NCBI GenBank assembly: GCA_964413735.1
Contig: CAYPSS010000001.1
Coordinates: 56,237-120,236, forward strand
Origin: an uncultured Gammaproteobacteria bacterium
GTDB lineage: Bacteria > Patescibacteriota > Patescibacteriia > UBA11705
Direction of reading: 5' to 3'
Length of the DNA: 64,000 bases
A program made the translations under genes and the position numbers. How positions within the stretch are numbered: position 1 is the stretch's first letter; each line of letters opens with the position of its first letter. Below are positions 50,801 through 59,958 of the stretch, piece after piece. The notes under the pieces are model-generated. The model was not told where the DNA came from. It was given only the letters and a program-made list of their open reading frames with translations, and made no database searches.

Positions 50801-52385
50801 CAATATAAATAAAGCGATTGATATTAGCATTAACAGATGCATGATTTCCCAAGACAAAACCATCAGAGGTTAATTGCTCAATCATATTTGTTCCATTGGC
50901 CTCTGCATTAAAAGCTGAGGTAGTATCTCCAGTCATTGCAGAAGTTCGAAATCTTGCTGTTTGAATATTACAACAGATTTGAATATTTTTCACCATCACA
51001 AAGTCTGGTTGAAAGCCTAGCCCTGAAACTTCACGGCCATCAATGTTATTACCAGTATAAACACCCATGGAAAAATTATTACTATTATTCAAATTACCAA
51101 TAGCAATGAAATGATAGGGGGTATTTGCATTGTTGGTATTTAACCCAGAAATTAAAGTAAACCCATCTTCGTCTAGGGTCATTCCTGTGGCTATAATACC
51201 ATTAGCATTAGAAAACATTGAGTAAAATTCAGGAAATAAAGAGGTAGTAAAAATTGTTGTGCCTTGGTGATTACCACTTTTTATAATAACAATGTCAGGT
51301 TTAAAGCCAATCCCAGTAATTGCTCTGGTGGCTGTACCGCTACCCACATAATTCCCCTCATAAATACTAAAAGATTCAGTTTTTTGTTGTTCTTGGTAGG
51401 CAATTGCTAAATAATAATAGGTGCCACCACTAGCGTTAACGGTTGAGGATGTTCCTATTTGAAAGCCAGTTGATAAAAATGATTGGATTTGATCAGTCGT
51501 CTGAGCAACAGCTGTAAAACCCATCGATTGATCTCCATAATGTTTATTAGTCCGCATTATAGCTATTTCAGTGGTTGATTGTTTGATAAATACAAAAGAT
51601 GGTTGAAAGTTTGGGGCAGTTATATCTCGATCATCTGTTCCATCACCAGTATATGTTCCTTCAGCAAAAACTCCTGCCGAATTAGTGAACGCAATATAAT
51701 AATAGGTTGTTCCAGAATTGTTTACTGTTGCGTCAGTACCAACCTGAAAACCGTCAGTAATTAATGATTGAATAATATTAGCGGTTGATTCTGAGTTGCC
51801 AGAAAAAAACTGGGTGATTTCATTGGCCATTGAACTTGATTTCCAAACTGCTAATTGAGCAATATCACCCTTGATAATTACTGTGTCAGGATTAATTCCA
51901 AGTCCTGTAATATTGCGACTATCATTTCCGTCGCCAGTATATGATCCAATTACTATATCTGAGGCATTATTAGTGTATATGGCAATCCATTGATATATTG
52001 CTAGTGAGGCGTTGGTATTAGTGTTTGTTCCAATGGAAAAACCATCACTATCCAAAGAAGTAATGCCACCACTAAAATTAACATCAGCATTGGCAAGAAA
52101 AGCAGTTGCATCTCCTGCCATGTCAGTAGTCTTAAAAACTGCTTGGCCATCAGCTAAGTCAGATTTAATAATTATAATATTTGGTTCAAACCCAACTCCG
52201 GTAATGGCGCGAGCAATCCCATTTCCCACATAAGAGCCGGTAGCAATTTGAGCATTGGTTGCCTTTACTCGAGGTATTTGCCAATTACTATGATTGAGAA
52301 AAGAAGGTAAGATCCCGGAAAAAATAAAAAAAAGAGTAACAATCATTAAAGTAAAGTAAAACAAAAAAGTTTTTTTATTTTTCAT
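47808..52385 (-). CDS. Giant secreted protein with 12 approx. 100-aa GxYxGxG..GFxPD repeats (start at MKNKK)
   Basis: Repeats counted in the translation; N-terminal TM/signal; ORF-track TTG start coincides with the promoter. Confidence 0.8.
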   Translation of the reverse strand: MKNKKTFLFYFTLMIVTLFFIFSGILPSFLNHSNWQIPRVKATNAQIATGSYVGNGIARAITGVGFEPNIIIIKSDLADGQAVFKTTDMAGDATAFLANADVNFSGGITSLDSDGFSIGTNTNTNASLAIYQWIAIYTNNASDIVIGSYTGDGNDSRNITGLGINPDTVIIKGDIAQLAVWKSSSMANEITQFFSGNSESTANIIQSLITDGFQVGTDATVNNSGTTYYYIAFTNSAGVFAEGTYTGDGTDDRDITAPNFQPSFVFIKQSTTEIAIMRTNKHYGDQSMGFTAVAQTTDQIQSFLSTGFQIGTSSTVNASGGTYYYLAIAYQEQQKTESFSIYEGNYVGSGTATRAITGIGFKPDIVIIKSGNHQGTTIFTTSLFPEFYSMFSNANGIIATGMTLDEDGFTLISGLNTNNANTPYHFIAIGNLNNSNNFSMGVYTGNNIDGREVSGLGFQPDFVMVKNIQICCNIQTARFRTSAMTGDTTSAFNAEANGTNMIEQLTSDGFVLGNHASVNANINRFIYIAFKNTSGKFHVGSYTGDGNDDRALADLDFNSNWLFIKQSDTRSAIQRFRKMIFDVSIVFYNGLIPIENAIQSFSDSGFTVGSDATANQSGSTYYYVAFDGQAETEKSGNFTMKTGSYMGNGAIGREVNAVGFRPDLLFIKTDTGNGSFVWAQKDMAEASLSSLLVSGAAANNYVTNLTDTGFVVHDSNNVNQLNAGYQWIAFQGNTSTNYISGLYMGNGNDNRNLIGLGFQPDVIIIKGNDTAVWRSSSMSGDISQLFSNGASAANNIQSILSDGFQVGSSANVNANYVLYQFVAFKNTTNQFYTNTYTGNTTDNRSISGVGFKPDFVLTGTSAQNKVFKTNRYYGEVSGLLTATAITTDLIQSLETDGFQIGTNAMVNNNTSDFYYFAIKGETDDTPTGEYLMKTGSYSGTGVAQTISGLGFQPDVVFIKSDTNAGSLVFKTKDLMDATTSAAAYAVVNFTGGISTLTSDGFSIGTNANVNTNGVTYRYIAFANSGSTNFKTGFYTGTGIDNYSFSGVGFQPDYVLIKSNNTARFAVSRNSSMVGDLTSYFAGTAEAANLIQAIETNGFQLGSSDVVNGLGTTYFYIAFKSTTGKMQVGTYTGDGQDNRSISGVGFQPSWVTIKHAGTTGGVHRSDTLSGDLTQYNMATANLANAIQQFETDGFQIGTHASVNSLNITYRYAAWMIPPPDVQQTSFRWRDDNGSETTATWLEDENTSLTSLTPNSEVRLRIAIANTGTTTGNYNYRLEFGEKSTTCSAISSWTQVPASATTEAWEMYNTTNLTDGSATTNVSGGLTDANSSFVAGEQKDTSAQTGNISLTNTQFTEIEYSIIATENAGNNSTYCFRLTNAGSTTYFTYDYYPEATISAAAISITLTTDGAMAFGTAELNTLANGDNYETVQIDNGPANINIKASNFTQDVNTWIIGTDPGNNQAKLEFSKDNTNWSTISEPNVYQSFDSNVASLETRNLYMRVTLPTSTDSYNQYSSGITLIAVAP

Positions 52386-52461
52386 ATTTATTTTTTTATA
52401 GTATAGCAAAAAAATATATATTAATCTAACAAAAAAGATGAGAACATTGCCTCATCTGATT

Positions 52462-52547
52462 TGGTGCCGGAGGAGGGACTTGAACCCTCACGACCTAGTG
52501 GTCATCGGATTTTGAGTCCGACGCGTCTACCATTTCACCACTCCGGC
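52462..52547 (-). tRNA. tRNA-Leu(CAA)
   Basis: TCGGA-CTCAAAA-TCCGA anticodon arm, variable arm, CCA. Confidence 0.95.
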
Positions 52548-52566
52548 GATTAAAGAAATTGATTTG

Positions 52567-52648
52567 TGCCCGAAGAGGGGGTCGAACCCTCACGGCCAAG
52601 GCCAAGGGATTTTAAGTCCCCTGCGTCTACCGATTCCGCCATCCGGGC
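52567..52648 (-). tRNA. tRNA-Leu(TAA), second copy, CCA not encoded
   Basis: GGGGA-CTTAAAA-TCCCT anticodon arm, GGCC-TT-GGCC variable arm, ends ACAA. Confidence 0.9.
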
Positions 52649-52738
52649 AGGTAAAAGAACTCTATATAATATCATAAATCAAAAACCTTGTCAATAGTAG
52701 GGTTTGGGGAGTTTAATTTTTTGTGATAAACTTAGTTT

Positions 52739-53770
52739 ATGATTAACAATCAATCAAACGACAATCAAGAACGATTAACCAACCCTCAAGAGCAAACTGA
52801 GGAAAGTGTTTTTGATTTAACCTTAAGACCCAAGAATTTAGGAGAGTTTGTTGGCCAAGAAAAAATTAAAGATAATTTGAATATTTTTATTCAAGCCGCC
52901 AAAAACCGCCAAGATTCATTGGAACATGTTTTGTTATACGGACCCCCGGGATTGGGAAAAACCACCTTGGCGCATATTATTGCCAATGAAATGAATGCGC
53001 AAATAAAAGTTACGACCGGTCCGGCGATTGAAAAATCCGGTGATTTGGCCGCCATTTTAACCAATTTACAACCCGGAGATATTTTATTTATTGATGAAAT
53101 TCATCGTTTGAATCGAGTGGTGGAAGAGGTCTTGTATCCGGCCATGGAAGATTATGTGCTTGATATTGTGATTGGCAAGGGGCCATCAGCTAGAACTTTA
53201 CGATTGGATTTACCCAAATTTACCATAATCGGAGCGACGACAAAATTAAGTAAATTATCATCCCCGCTTCGTGATCGCTTCGGTAATGTTTTTCGTTTGG
53301 ATTTTTATTCTGATGAGGATATTAATAAAATTATTAATCGGTCGGCAAAAATTTTAAATGCCAATTTAATTGAAGATTGCGCGCCGGATATTGCGGTACG
53401 TTCGCGCAAGACTCCTCGTATTGCCAATCGTTTATTAAAACGAGTTCGTGATTATGCGGAAGTAAAAAATAATGGATTAATTGATGCCAAAGTGGTTAAT
53501 GAAGCTTTGAATATGCTTGAAATTGATATTTTGGGATTAGATGAAGCGGATCGTCGGATGTTGCGAACCATTATTGAAAAATTTAATGGTGGTCCGGTTG
53601 GTTTGAATACTTTGGCCGCATCATTGGCCGAAGAAATGGATACTATTGAGGATGTTTTGGAACCATATTTATTGCAATTGGGCTTTATTAATCGCACGCC
53701 TCGTGGTAGAATAATAACAGAGGGTGCAATCAAACATTTGAAAATTGATCCGAAAAATAAACTAATATAA
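52739..53770 (+). CDS. ruvB: Holliday junction helicase RuvB
   Basis: [34 protein letters not shown]. Confidence 0.98.
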   Translation: MINNQSNDNQERLTNPQEQTEESVFDLTLRPKNLGEFVGQEKIKDNLNIFIQAAKNRQDSLEHVLLYGPPGLGKTTLAHIIANEMNAQIKVTTGPAIEKSGDLAAILTNLQPGDILFIDEIHRLNRVVEEVLYPAMEDYVLDIVIGKGPSARTLRLDLPKFTIIGATTKLSKLSSPLRDRFGNVFRLDFYSDEDINKIINRSAKILNANLIEDCAPDIAVRSRKTPRIANRLLKRVRDYAEVKNNGLIDAKVVNEALNMLEIDILGLDEADRRMLRTIIEKFNGGPVGLNTLAASLAEEMDTIEDVLEPYLLQLGFINRTPRGRIITEGAIKHLKIDPKNKLI

Positions 53771-53775
53771 ATATT

Positions 53776-54018
53776 ATGTCTTTGCAGTTGTCGGCTTTCT
53801 TGTTTGCTTATTTGATATTTATTGCCATATTTTTATTTTATACTTTTTTTAATTTATATCATGTTTTGAAATTTGGGTTTGTTAGTTTTTGGGCTTATGC
53901 CATTACATTTACTTATATTGGGCTTTCGATTTTAGCTTTGTTTGTTTCCTATTTTTATATTTCCCAAATTGATTGGAGTATTGTTGTTTATTTTTTCCCT
54001 TTAACTTCTGAATTTTAA
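53776..54018 (+). CDS. Small membrane protein
   Basis: Two TM helices, in the ruvB operon. Confidence 0.65.
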   Translation: MSLQLSAFLFAYLIFIAIFLFYTFFNLYHVLKFGFVSFWAYAITFTYIGLSILALFVSYFYISQIDWSIVVYFFPLTSEF

Positions 54019-54026
54019 TTTAAAAT

Positions 54027-54611
54027 ATGTATACCAGATATCATTTTCCCAATCAAAAACCGGGTGAACAAGTTTTACTTTTTTATCGTCGGCATTGGGT
54101 TGGTGTGGCCAAAATAATTTTGTTAGCGCTTTTCTTTATTTTCATTCCCGTATTTTTCTATATTTATTTTGCTCGAAATTTTGATTATTTTCATAATGAG
54201 GTTTTTTACGGTATTTATGTGCTTGTTAATAGTGCATTTATTTTGTTTGTGATTTTGTTTACTTTTTCCAATTTTATTGATTATTATCTCGATGTTTGGA
54301 TTGTTACCAATATGCGGGTAATAAATATTGAACAGCTCGGTTTGTTTGCTCGAGAATTAAGTGAAAAAGATTTGGGGAGAATGCAGGATGTACGTTCAGA
54401 TACTCGTGGATTTTGGGCCACCTTGTTAAATTATGGTAATGTGGTGATTCAAACGGCCGGAGAAGAACAAAACTTTGTTTTTCGACAAATTCCCGATCCG
54501 GAGGAAGCGGTTCGGAAAATCAGCAATTTGGTTTCCGAATATCGTCGCGCTAATGTTGAATTATCCGGGGGACGACGGCCGGAACGACCGGACACCGAAG
54601 AAATTGAATAA
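54027..54611 (+). CDS. Bacterial PH-domain membrane protein
   Basis: RRHW, WIVTNMRVINIEQLGLF, LNYGNVVIQTAG, IPDP. Confidence 0.8.
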   Translation: MYTRYHFPNQKPGEQVLLFYRRHWVGVAKIILLALFFIFIPVFFYIYFARNFDYFHNEVFYGIYVLVNSAFILFVILFTFSNFIDYYLDVWIVTNMRVINIEQLGLFARELSEKDLGRMQDVRSDTRGFWATLLNYGNVVIQTAGEEQNFVFRQIPDPEEAVRKISNLVSEYRRANVELSGGRRPERPDTEEIE

Positions 54612-54655
54612 TATCTTTTAAATAAAAAACCGCCGAGTAATCGGCGATTTTTGTA

Positions 54656-56281
54656 TTAATAAATTTTTTCCAAAGTAATGTTAGTATAATAATATTTTAG
54701 TAACTGATCATAGGTCCAGCCATCTTGTTTGGCTCTTTGCAGCGCATCAGAAGCATCAATTCCCACCCCATGGCCGAAAAGAGTTTTGCCCTCGGAATAA
54801 GGAGCGGGCACTGACACTAAATAAGGAACGGTGGAATTCCAAACTTCTTCGTAACTGCGCGTGCGTCCATCAGAGCGTGAGAAATAGGGAGCAACAATTA
54901 TTTTGTCATCATAAGTGGCGATAATTCCGGCGGTTTCATCCACTCCTCTTTTTACATTGGGGAATAAAAGCATGGAAACTTGGCCTTTGTAAACTTGATC
55001 GTAACGTGAATCAACATGATAAAATTCCCAGTCATGTTTTGAATAACGATCATAATGATACATCGCATAAGTTCGGGCGGCAACAGACATGGTTTTCTGG
55101 TATTCAATCGGGTCATAGTTAGTGGTTTCCTGGATTCCGGCTAAATAAGTTTCCAGTGGTAGTGTTTCAATCACCCAAACTTTGTCTTCGCAAGAGCCCC
55201 ACGTTTTGATGGAACAATCGTTATGTCTGATTTCCAGATTCCCAAGATAATCATTATAATTAATATTTTTGTTATAGGAAGGAATATCATTGTAGCTGGT
55301 GATCGTAAACAAACCATCATTATTATTGGCCAATTTTAAATATGAATCGGTTCTAATGGTTTTGTCAATGTGATCAAAAGAATATTGTTTGGTGGTTGAA
55401 TTATAGAAAAATCTAACCTCAATATTAGCCGGAATGGAGGCTAATAAAATATCATTTTGATCGTAGACTTGCCAGGCTTTGGTATTGAACATGGCTACAG
55501 ATTCCTCGGGATGAAATGGACCACCGAGATAAAATAACCCGACACGCATAATTGGCCCGAGCTCTGGCAAAGAAAATTTTTCAATACACGACACATTGTC
55601 AACCGCATCAATACCGGCAATTCGTAAATTCAAAGTACAAATTTGAGGAGAGTCGTTAGGTTCATTTTCCGAGCTTGGTTTTTCGACAATAATTTTTTCC
55701 GGTTCGGCTACCACGTTCATTCTGATTTTTGTTTCGCCTCCCCTGATCAAAACATTGTCATTAACCAAAACAAATTCGCCCGTATAATCTCCGAAATTTG
55801 GTGGTGCTTGTAGAGCAAAAACAAAGGTACCGATTTGTCCTGGCTCTACGGTTTGTTCTTGAAGTTGAGCGGGTAAAAAAGGATCCGGCCAAAAAGAATG
55901 TCTGAATTTAAGGGCGGTGGTTAATGATTTTAGATAAACATTTTTTTTGTTCCAAGTGGTTGTTCCTTCATTTTTATATTGAAGAGTAAAAGTAAAACCG
56001 GTATTGGGTCTGATATTTACATCGGTGTGAGATTGTTTTTGTACTGAACTGGCATTAATCAATTCTGCGGCACTGGCCGGAGTAATGGATAAATAATCTT
56101 TCAATTTTTTATCCATAATTATCATGTCGTGAATGATTCTTAGTCCGGTGGCCAGTGATAAAACCACGGTAAAAACAACAATAATATTAATAATTAAACT
56201 AGATTTAGCGCTTTTTTCTTGGATAGTGATTTCCGTTTGTTTTTTTAGCTGTTTTAATTTCTCCAATTTTTTATTTGGCAT
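54656..56281 (-). CDS. SpoIID/LytB-domain protein with NBR1-like Ig domain
   Basis: LETYLAGIQE, VAARTYA, DQVYKG, PYLVSV, GHGVG. Confidence 0.82.
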   Translation of the reverse strand: MPNKKLEKLKQLKKQTEITIQEKSAKSSLIINIIVVFTVVLSLATGLRIIHDMIIMDKKLKDYLSITPASAAELINASSVQKQSHTDVNIRPNTGFTFTLQYKNEGTTTWNKKNVYLKSLTTALKFRHSFWPDPFLPAQLQEQTVEPGQIGTFVFALQAPPNFGDYTGEFVLVNDNVLIRGGETKIRMNVVAEPEKIIVEKPSSENEPNDSPQICTLNLRIAGIDAVDNVSCIEKFSLPELGPIMRVGLFYLGGPFHPEESVAMFNTKAWQVYDQNDILLASIPANIEVRFFYNSTTKQYSFDHIDKTIRTDSYLKLANNNDGLFTITSYNDIPSYNKNINYNDYLGNLEIRHNDCSIKTWGSCEDKVWVIETLPLETYLAGIQETTNYDPIEYQKTMSVAARTYAMYHYDRYSKHDWEFYHVDSRYDQVYKGQVSMLLFPNVKRGVDETAGIIATYDDKIIVAPYFSRSDGRTRSYEEVWNSTVPYLVSVPAPYSEGKTLFGHGVGIDASDALQRAKQDGWTYDQLLKYYYTNITLEKIY

Positions 56282-56389
56282 AAAGTTGTTTATTTTTATA
56301 ATGTTATTTTATCATAAAAATATGCGGTTGTGAACCTATATATCTTAATAAAAAAATCACCCTTTGACAGATGATTTTTTGAAAAAAAA

Positions 56390-56956
56390 TTATTCGTTGG
56401 CGCGATTGCAGTATTCCCCGGTTTCCGTATTAACGACAATTTCTTCATTTTCTTTGATAAAGATCGGGGCATTGATTACTAAATCATTATCCAAGGTTAC
56501 TCTTTTGCTAATGTTTCCGGAAGCACTATTGCCCTTTACGGCCGGAGGGGCATCAACTACTTTGTAAGTAATTTTTTTTGGCAGTTGCATGGAAATTATT
56601 GCTCCTTGATAAACAGCCATCACCACATCAAGTCCTTCTTTGAGATATTTAACATCGTCACCCAAAACATCCGCGTTTACTTCAAAAGTTTCGTAAGTTT
56701 CCTGATTCATGAAGGAATACATCTCATTGTTTTTATAAAGATATTGCATGTTTACATAATCAACTTGAACGGTTTCTACTGATTCACTGCTTTTATAAGT
56801 TATTTCAATGGTTTTACCCGTGGCAATATTCTTTATTTTGGTTTTGGTAAAAGCCGAGCCCTTTCCCGGATTAACAAATTGAAAATCCGAAACCACATAT
56901 AAATCTCCTTGGTGGTTGATTACGACGCCTTTGCGAATGTCAGAGGTTGTTCCCAT
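56390..56956 (-). CDS. efp: Elongation factor P
   Basis: VNPGKGSAF, MQYLY, KGNSASG, APIFI. Confidence 0.96.
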   Translation of the reverse strand: MGTTSDIRKGVVINHQGDLYVVSDFQFVNPGKGSAFTKTKIKNIATGKTIEITYKSSESVETVQVDYVNMQYLYKNNEMYSFMNQETYETFEVNADVLGDDVKYLKEGLDVVMAVYQGAIISMQLPKKITYKVVDAPPAVKGNSASGNISKRVTLDNDLVINAPIFIKENEEIVVNTETGEYCNRANE

Positions 56957-56966
56957 AAAATAAAAG

Positions 56967-57980
56967 TTATTTGAATTGTTTTGATGCTGGTAATACTATC
57001 ACATCATTGATATTTTGACAAGCTAAGAAAAGCTGAATGATTCGGTCAACCCCTAGCGCAATTCCGGCACTTGGAGGCATGGCGGGCAGAGCTTGAAGCA
57101 GGTTTTCATCAATCGGTAACGGCTTTCTCCCCTCATTAATTTGCGTTTTTTGTTCTTGGCGGAAGCGTTTTTTTTGTTCTTTGGCATCGGTTAATTCCGT
57201 AAAGGCATTGGCTAATTCCAGATCTCCGGCATAGAGTTCGAAGCGCTCGGCATATTTGGGGTTATGTTTGGATAATTTTGATAATGAGGCCATGATTGCC
57301 GGATATTCATAAATAATCAAAAGCTCGGATTTGTTTAATCGGGGTTCGATTTTATTTAAAAAAATTCTATAAAATAATGATTCATAAGATTCTTTCTGGC
57401 TTGGTTTAAATCCCATTTTTTGACATAAATCATGCATGGATTTGACGGTCAAGTGTTGATCTAGATTTACATTAGCATATTTTTTCCAAAGATCTTTCAT
57501 AGTCATTTTATGGATTTTATCGAAGTTTACTTTTGAATTAAATTTAATTTTTCTTTTTTTTAATTCACGAGATAAAAAGTGAAACAATTTTTCCAAGTCA
57601 TCCATCAAAGTAAAATAATTTTTGTTGGTACGATACCACTCCGCCATAGTGAATTCCGGGTTATGCGTGCCACCAAAACTTTCATAATCGCGAAAACATT
57701 TTCCCAAATAAAATATTTTATCAAAGCCAATCGCCAGTAATTTTTTCATGGTATATTCAGGCGAAGTGTGTAGATAACCGGGGAAAGTCTCTTTGTTTTC
57801 ATTATGAGTATTGATTTGAAAAGGGATAATATTTGGTTCTTGGCCGACGTGAGAAACAATGATTGGCGCATCAATTTCCGTAAAATTTTGTTTTTCAAAA
57901 AATTGTCTGATTAATTTTAAAATTAAAAAGCGAATTTGATAATTTTTTTTATTTTTTTCTAAAAATAGTAATTGATTCAT
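56967..57980 (-). CDS. epmA: EF-P lysine aminoacylase EpmA/GenX (start at MNQLL)
   Basis: LHTSPEYTMKKLLA, HNPEFTMAEWY, AERFELY, GIALGVDR; no anticodon domain; adjacent to efp. Confidence 0.88.
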   Translation of the reverse strand: MNQLLFLEKNKKNYQIRFLILKLIRQFFEKQNFTEIDAPIIVSHVGQEPNIIPFQINTHNENKETFPGYLHTSPEYTMKKLLAIGFDKIFYLGKCFRDYESFGGTHNPEFTMAEWYRTNKNYFTLMDDLEKLFHFLSRELKKRKIKFNSKVNFDKIHKMTMKDLWKKYANVNLDQHLTVKSMHDLCQKMGFKPSQKESYESLFYRIFLNKIEPRLNKSELLIIYEYPAIMASLSKLSKHNPKYAERFELYAGDLELANAFTELTDAKEQKKRFRQEQKTQINEGRKPLPIDENLLQALPAMPPSAGIALGVDRIIQLFLACQNINDVIVLPASKQFK

Positions 57981-58108
57981 AAAAAAATATCCTGATCGGA
58001 TTATTATGAAAAAGAATTTATTGTGGGAGATGAAAGTTTTAAACCGTTCAAATGCCTTTAATGCTATTTTAAAAAAGGTAAAGTCGGTTTTCTCCAATCA
58101 TTGAAAGT

Positions 58109-58184
58109 TGGTGGACCTGAGGAGACTCGAACTCCTGACCTCTTCCATGCCATGGAAGCGCTCTACCAGCTAAGCTACAGGCCC
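58109..58184 (-). tRNA. tRNA-Ala(GGC)
   Basis: G3:U70 pair, CTTCC-ATGGCAT-GGAAG, CCA. Confidence 0.95.
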
Positions 58185-58258
58185 TCGGGGAAATTTGTTT
58201 TAGTTGTCCTTCGCCAAATTATTTCTTCGGCTGTGCCAGCCGTAGACTTGGTGAAGGT

Positions 58259-58333
58259 TGGTGGGCGCAAAGGGACTCGAACCCCCAACCAATTGCTTAA
58301 GAGGCAACTGCTCTACCATTGAGCTATGCGCCC
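58259..58333 (-). tRNA. tRNA-Lys(CTT)
   Basis: GTTGC-CTCTTAA-GCAAT, CCA. Confidence 0.95.
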
Positions 58334-58343
58334 GATATATTTA

Positions 58344-58420
58344 TGGTGCAGCCGAAGGGACTTGAACCCCCAACCTTCTGGTCCGAAGCCAGACGCTCTA
58401 TCCAGTTGAGCTACAGCTGC
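58344..58420 (-). tRNA. tRNA-Arg(TCG)
   Basis: TCTGG-CTTCGGA-CCAGA, CCA. Confidence 0.95.
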
Positions 58421-58436
58421 ATAGCTATATACTACA

Positions 58437-59126
58437 TTACCATTTATGATTTTTCAAGGCCAAGGCGGCGGCTTTTTCCTGCGCTTCTTGTTTGCTGGAT
58501 CCGGTGGCTGAAGCAATCAAATCTTTTTGTAAGTATATTCCCACTGTAAAAATTTTCGCATGATCCGGGCCTTCTTCATCTAAGACCTTGTAAGTTGGTG
58601 TGATCCCGACTTTTTCTTGAGCCAGTTCCTGAAATTTGGTTTTGGGATCAATAAAAAGACCCTTTTCTAAAATTTCTGATAAATGCGGGATTAAATACTT
58701 AATTATAAAATTTTTGGCCGGTTCCCACCCGCGATCTAAATAAATGGCACCGATTAAAGCTTCAAAAGCATTGGCTAAAATATAATCACGGCCCTTGCCT
58801 GTGTCTTTTTCTTCTCCTCGACTTAAATAAAGAAAATCATTCATCTCGATGTCACGAGCAATTCTTGCCAGCATGTTTCCATTAACCAAACTGGCGCGCC
58901 AATTGGTTAATTCGCCTTCCGGATTTGAGTAATTAAGATAAAGATATTCGGTTACCACCAATTCCAAGACAGCATCACCTAAAAATTCCAATCGTTCATT
59001 ATGATCGAGTTCAAAACTTTTATGTTCATTGAGATAGGAGCGATGAACAAACGCTTGTTGCAAAAGGCTTTTATTCTTGAATTTTAATTTAAGTGATTTC
59101 TCAAATAAAGTTAAATCTTTTATCAT
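58437..59126 (-). CDS. rnc: Ribonuclease III (start at MIKDL)
   Basis: HNERLEFLGDAVLEL, AFEALIGAIYLD, dsRBD. Confidence 0.97.
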   Translation of the reverse strand: MIKDLTLFEKSLKLKFKNKSLLQQAFVHRSYLNEHKSFELDHNERLEFLGDAVLELVVTEYLYLNYSNPEGELTNWRASLVNGNMLARIARDIEMNDFLYLSRGEEKDTGKGRDYILANAFEALIGAIYLDRGWEPAKNFIIKYLIPHLSEILEKGLFIDPKTKFQELAQEKVGITPTYKVLDEEGPDHAKIFTVGIYLQKDLIASATGSSKQEAQEKAAALALKNHKW

Positions 59127-59142
59127 AAATTTTTCAATAAAA

Positions 59143-59252
59143 AATCTCACTGATTGGTGGTTGTCGCATGAGTGAGATTATCATGAATTAACCACGCAAA
59201 ATAATTTACGTGGCAAGCAAAACACAATACCTTGATATTGTTCTTTACTTGC
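59143..59252 (-). ncRNA. Three-hairpin structured leader between nusB and rnc
   Basis: Three adjacent stems; mismatches resolve as G-U pairs only on the minus strand. Confidence 0.55.
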
Positions 59253-59265
59253 GTAATAAAAATAA

Positions 59266-59742
59266 TTATTTTTCAATCGACGAATCGTTTTCTTTGGGTT
59301 GGTTTTCTTTATCCTCGCTTTTATCAATATGCCCAATATCTTTGTAAATAGTACCTAGTACACCATTAACAAATTTTCCCGAGGATTCTCCTCCGTATGC
59401 TTTGGCCACTTCAATGGCTTCATTGATAGCTACTTTTGATGGGACATCTTGATCGAAAACCAATTCATAAATACCGATGCGTAAAATATTCCGATCAATA
59501 TTGGTGATTTGATCAATCGGCCATTCCGGAGCATATTTAACAATATACGTATCAATTTTTTTGATATTTTTCAGAACACCGGTGACGATTTTTTTGGTAA
59601 AGGATTGGTCGGCTTCTTTGGAAGAAAATTCATGAAAATCGTAATCAATGATGTGGGGTAAAACATCTTTTTTTTGTCCGCGAAAATCCCATTCATAAAG
59701 AGCTTGCATGGCTAAGGTACGAGATAGATGTCGATTTGACAT
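59266..59742 (-). CDS. nusB: Transcription antitermination factor NusB
   Basis: [35 protein letters not shown]. Confidence 0.96.
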   Translation of the reverse strand: MSNRHLSRTLAMQALYEWDFRGQKKDVLPHIIDYDFHEFSSKEADQSFTKKIVTGVLKNIKKIDTYIVKYAPEWPIDQITNIDRNILRIGIYELVFDQDVPSKVAINEAIEVAKAYGGESSGKFVNGVLGTIYKDIGHIDKSEDKENQPKENDSSIEK

Positions 59743-59958
59743 AAAGGTACAAAATTTATTTCAATTATTTATATTATACACCAATTAATTAAAATTTGCA
59801 ATACTAACCTGATTATAAAACACTAAAATTAGCAAAAATTATCTATGTAAAGAATTTTCTTTTTATGATTTTAAAAAATTGAATAAGAACAATTGACCCA
59901 AAGAGCGAAATTTGCTATATTGTATAATGAATTTATGATGAAAAATCTGCTGTGAAAT

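Noticed and set aside
43026-52385. Prophage or integrative element between tRNAs
   Set aside because: No integrase, terminase, capsid or matching att pair; all products look secreted
58101-58549. ORFs 58101 and 58319
   Set aside because: Antisense to tRNA genes
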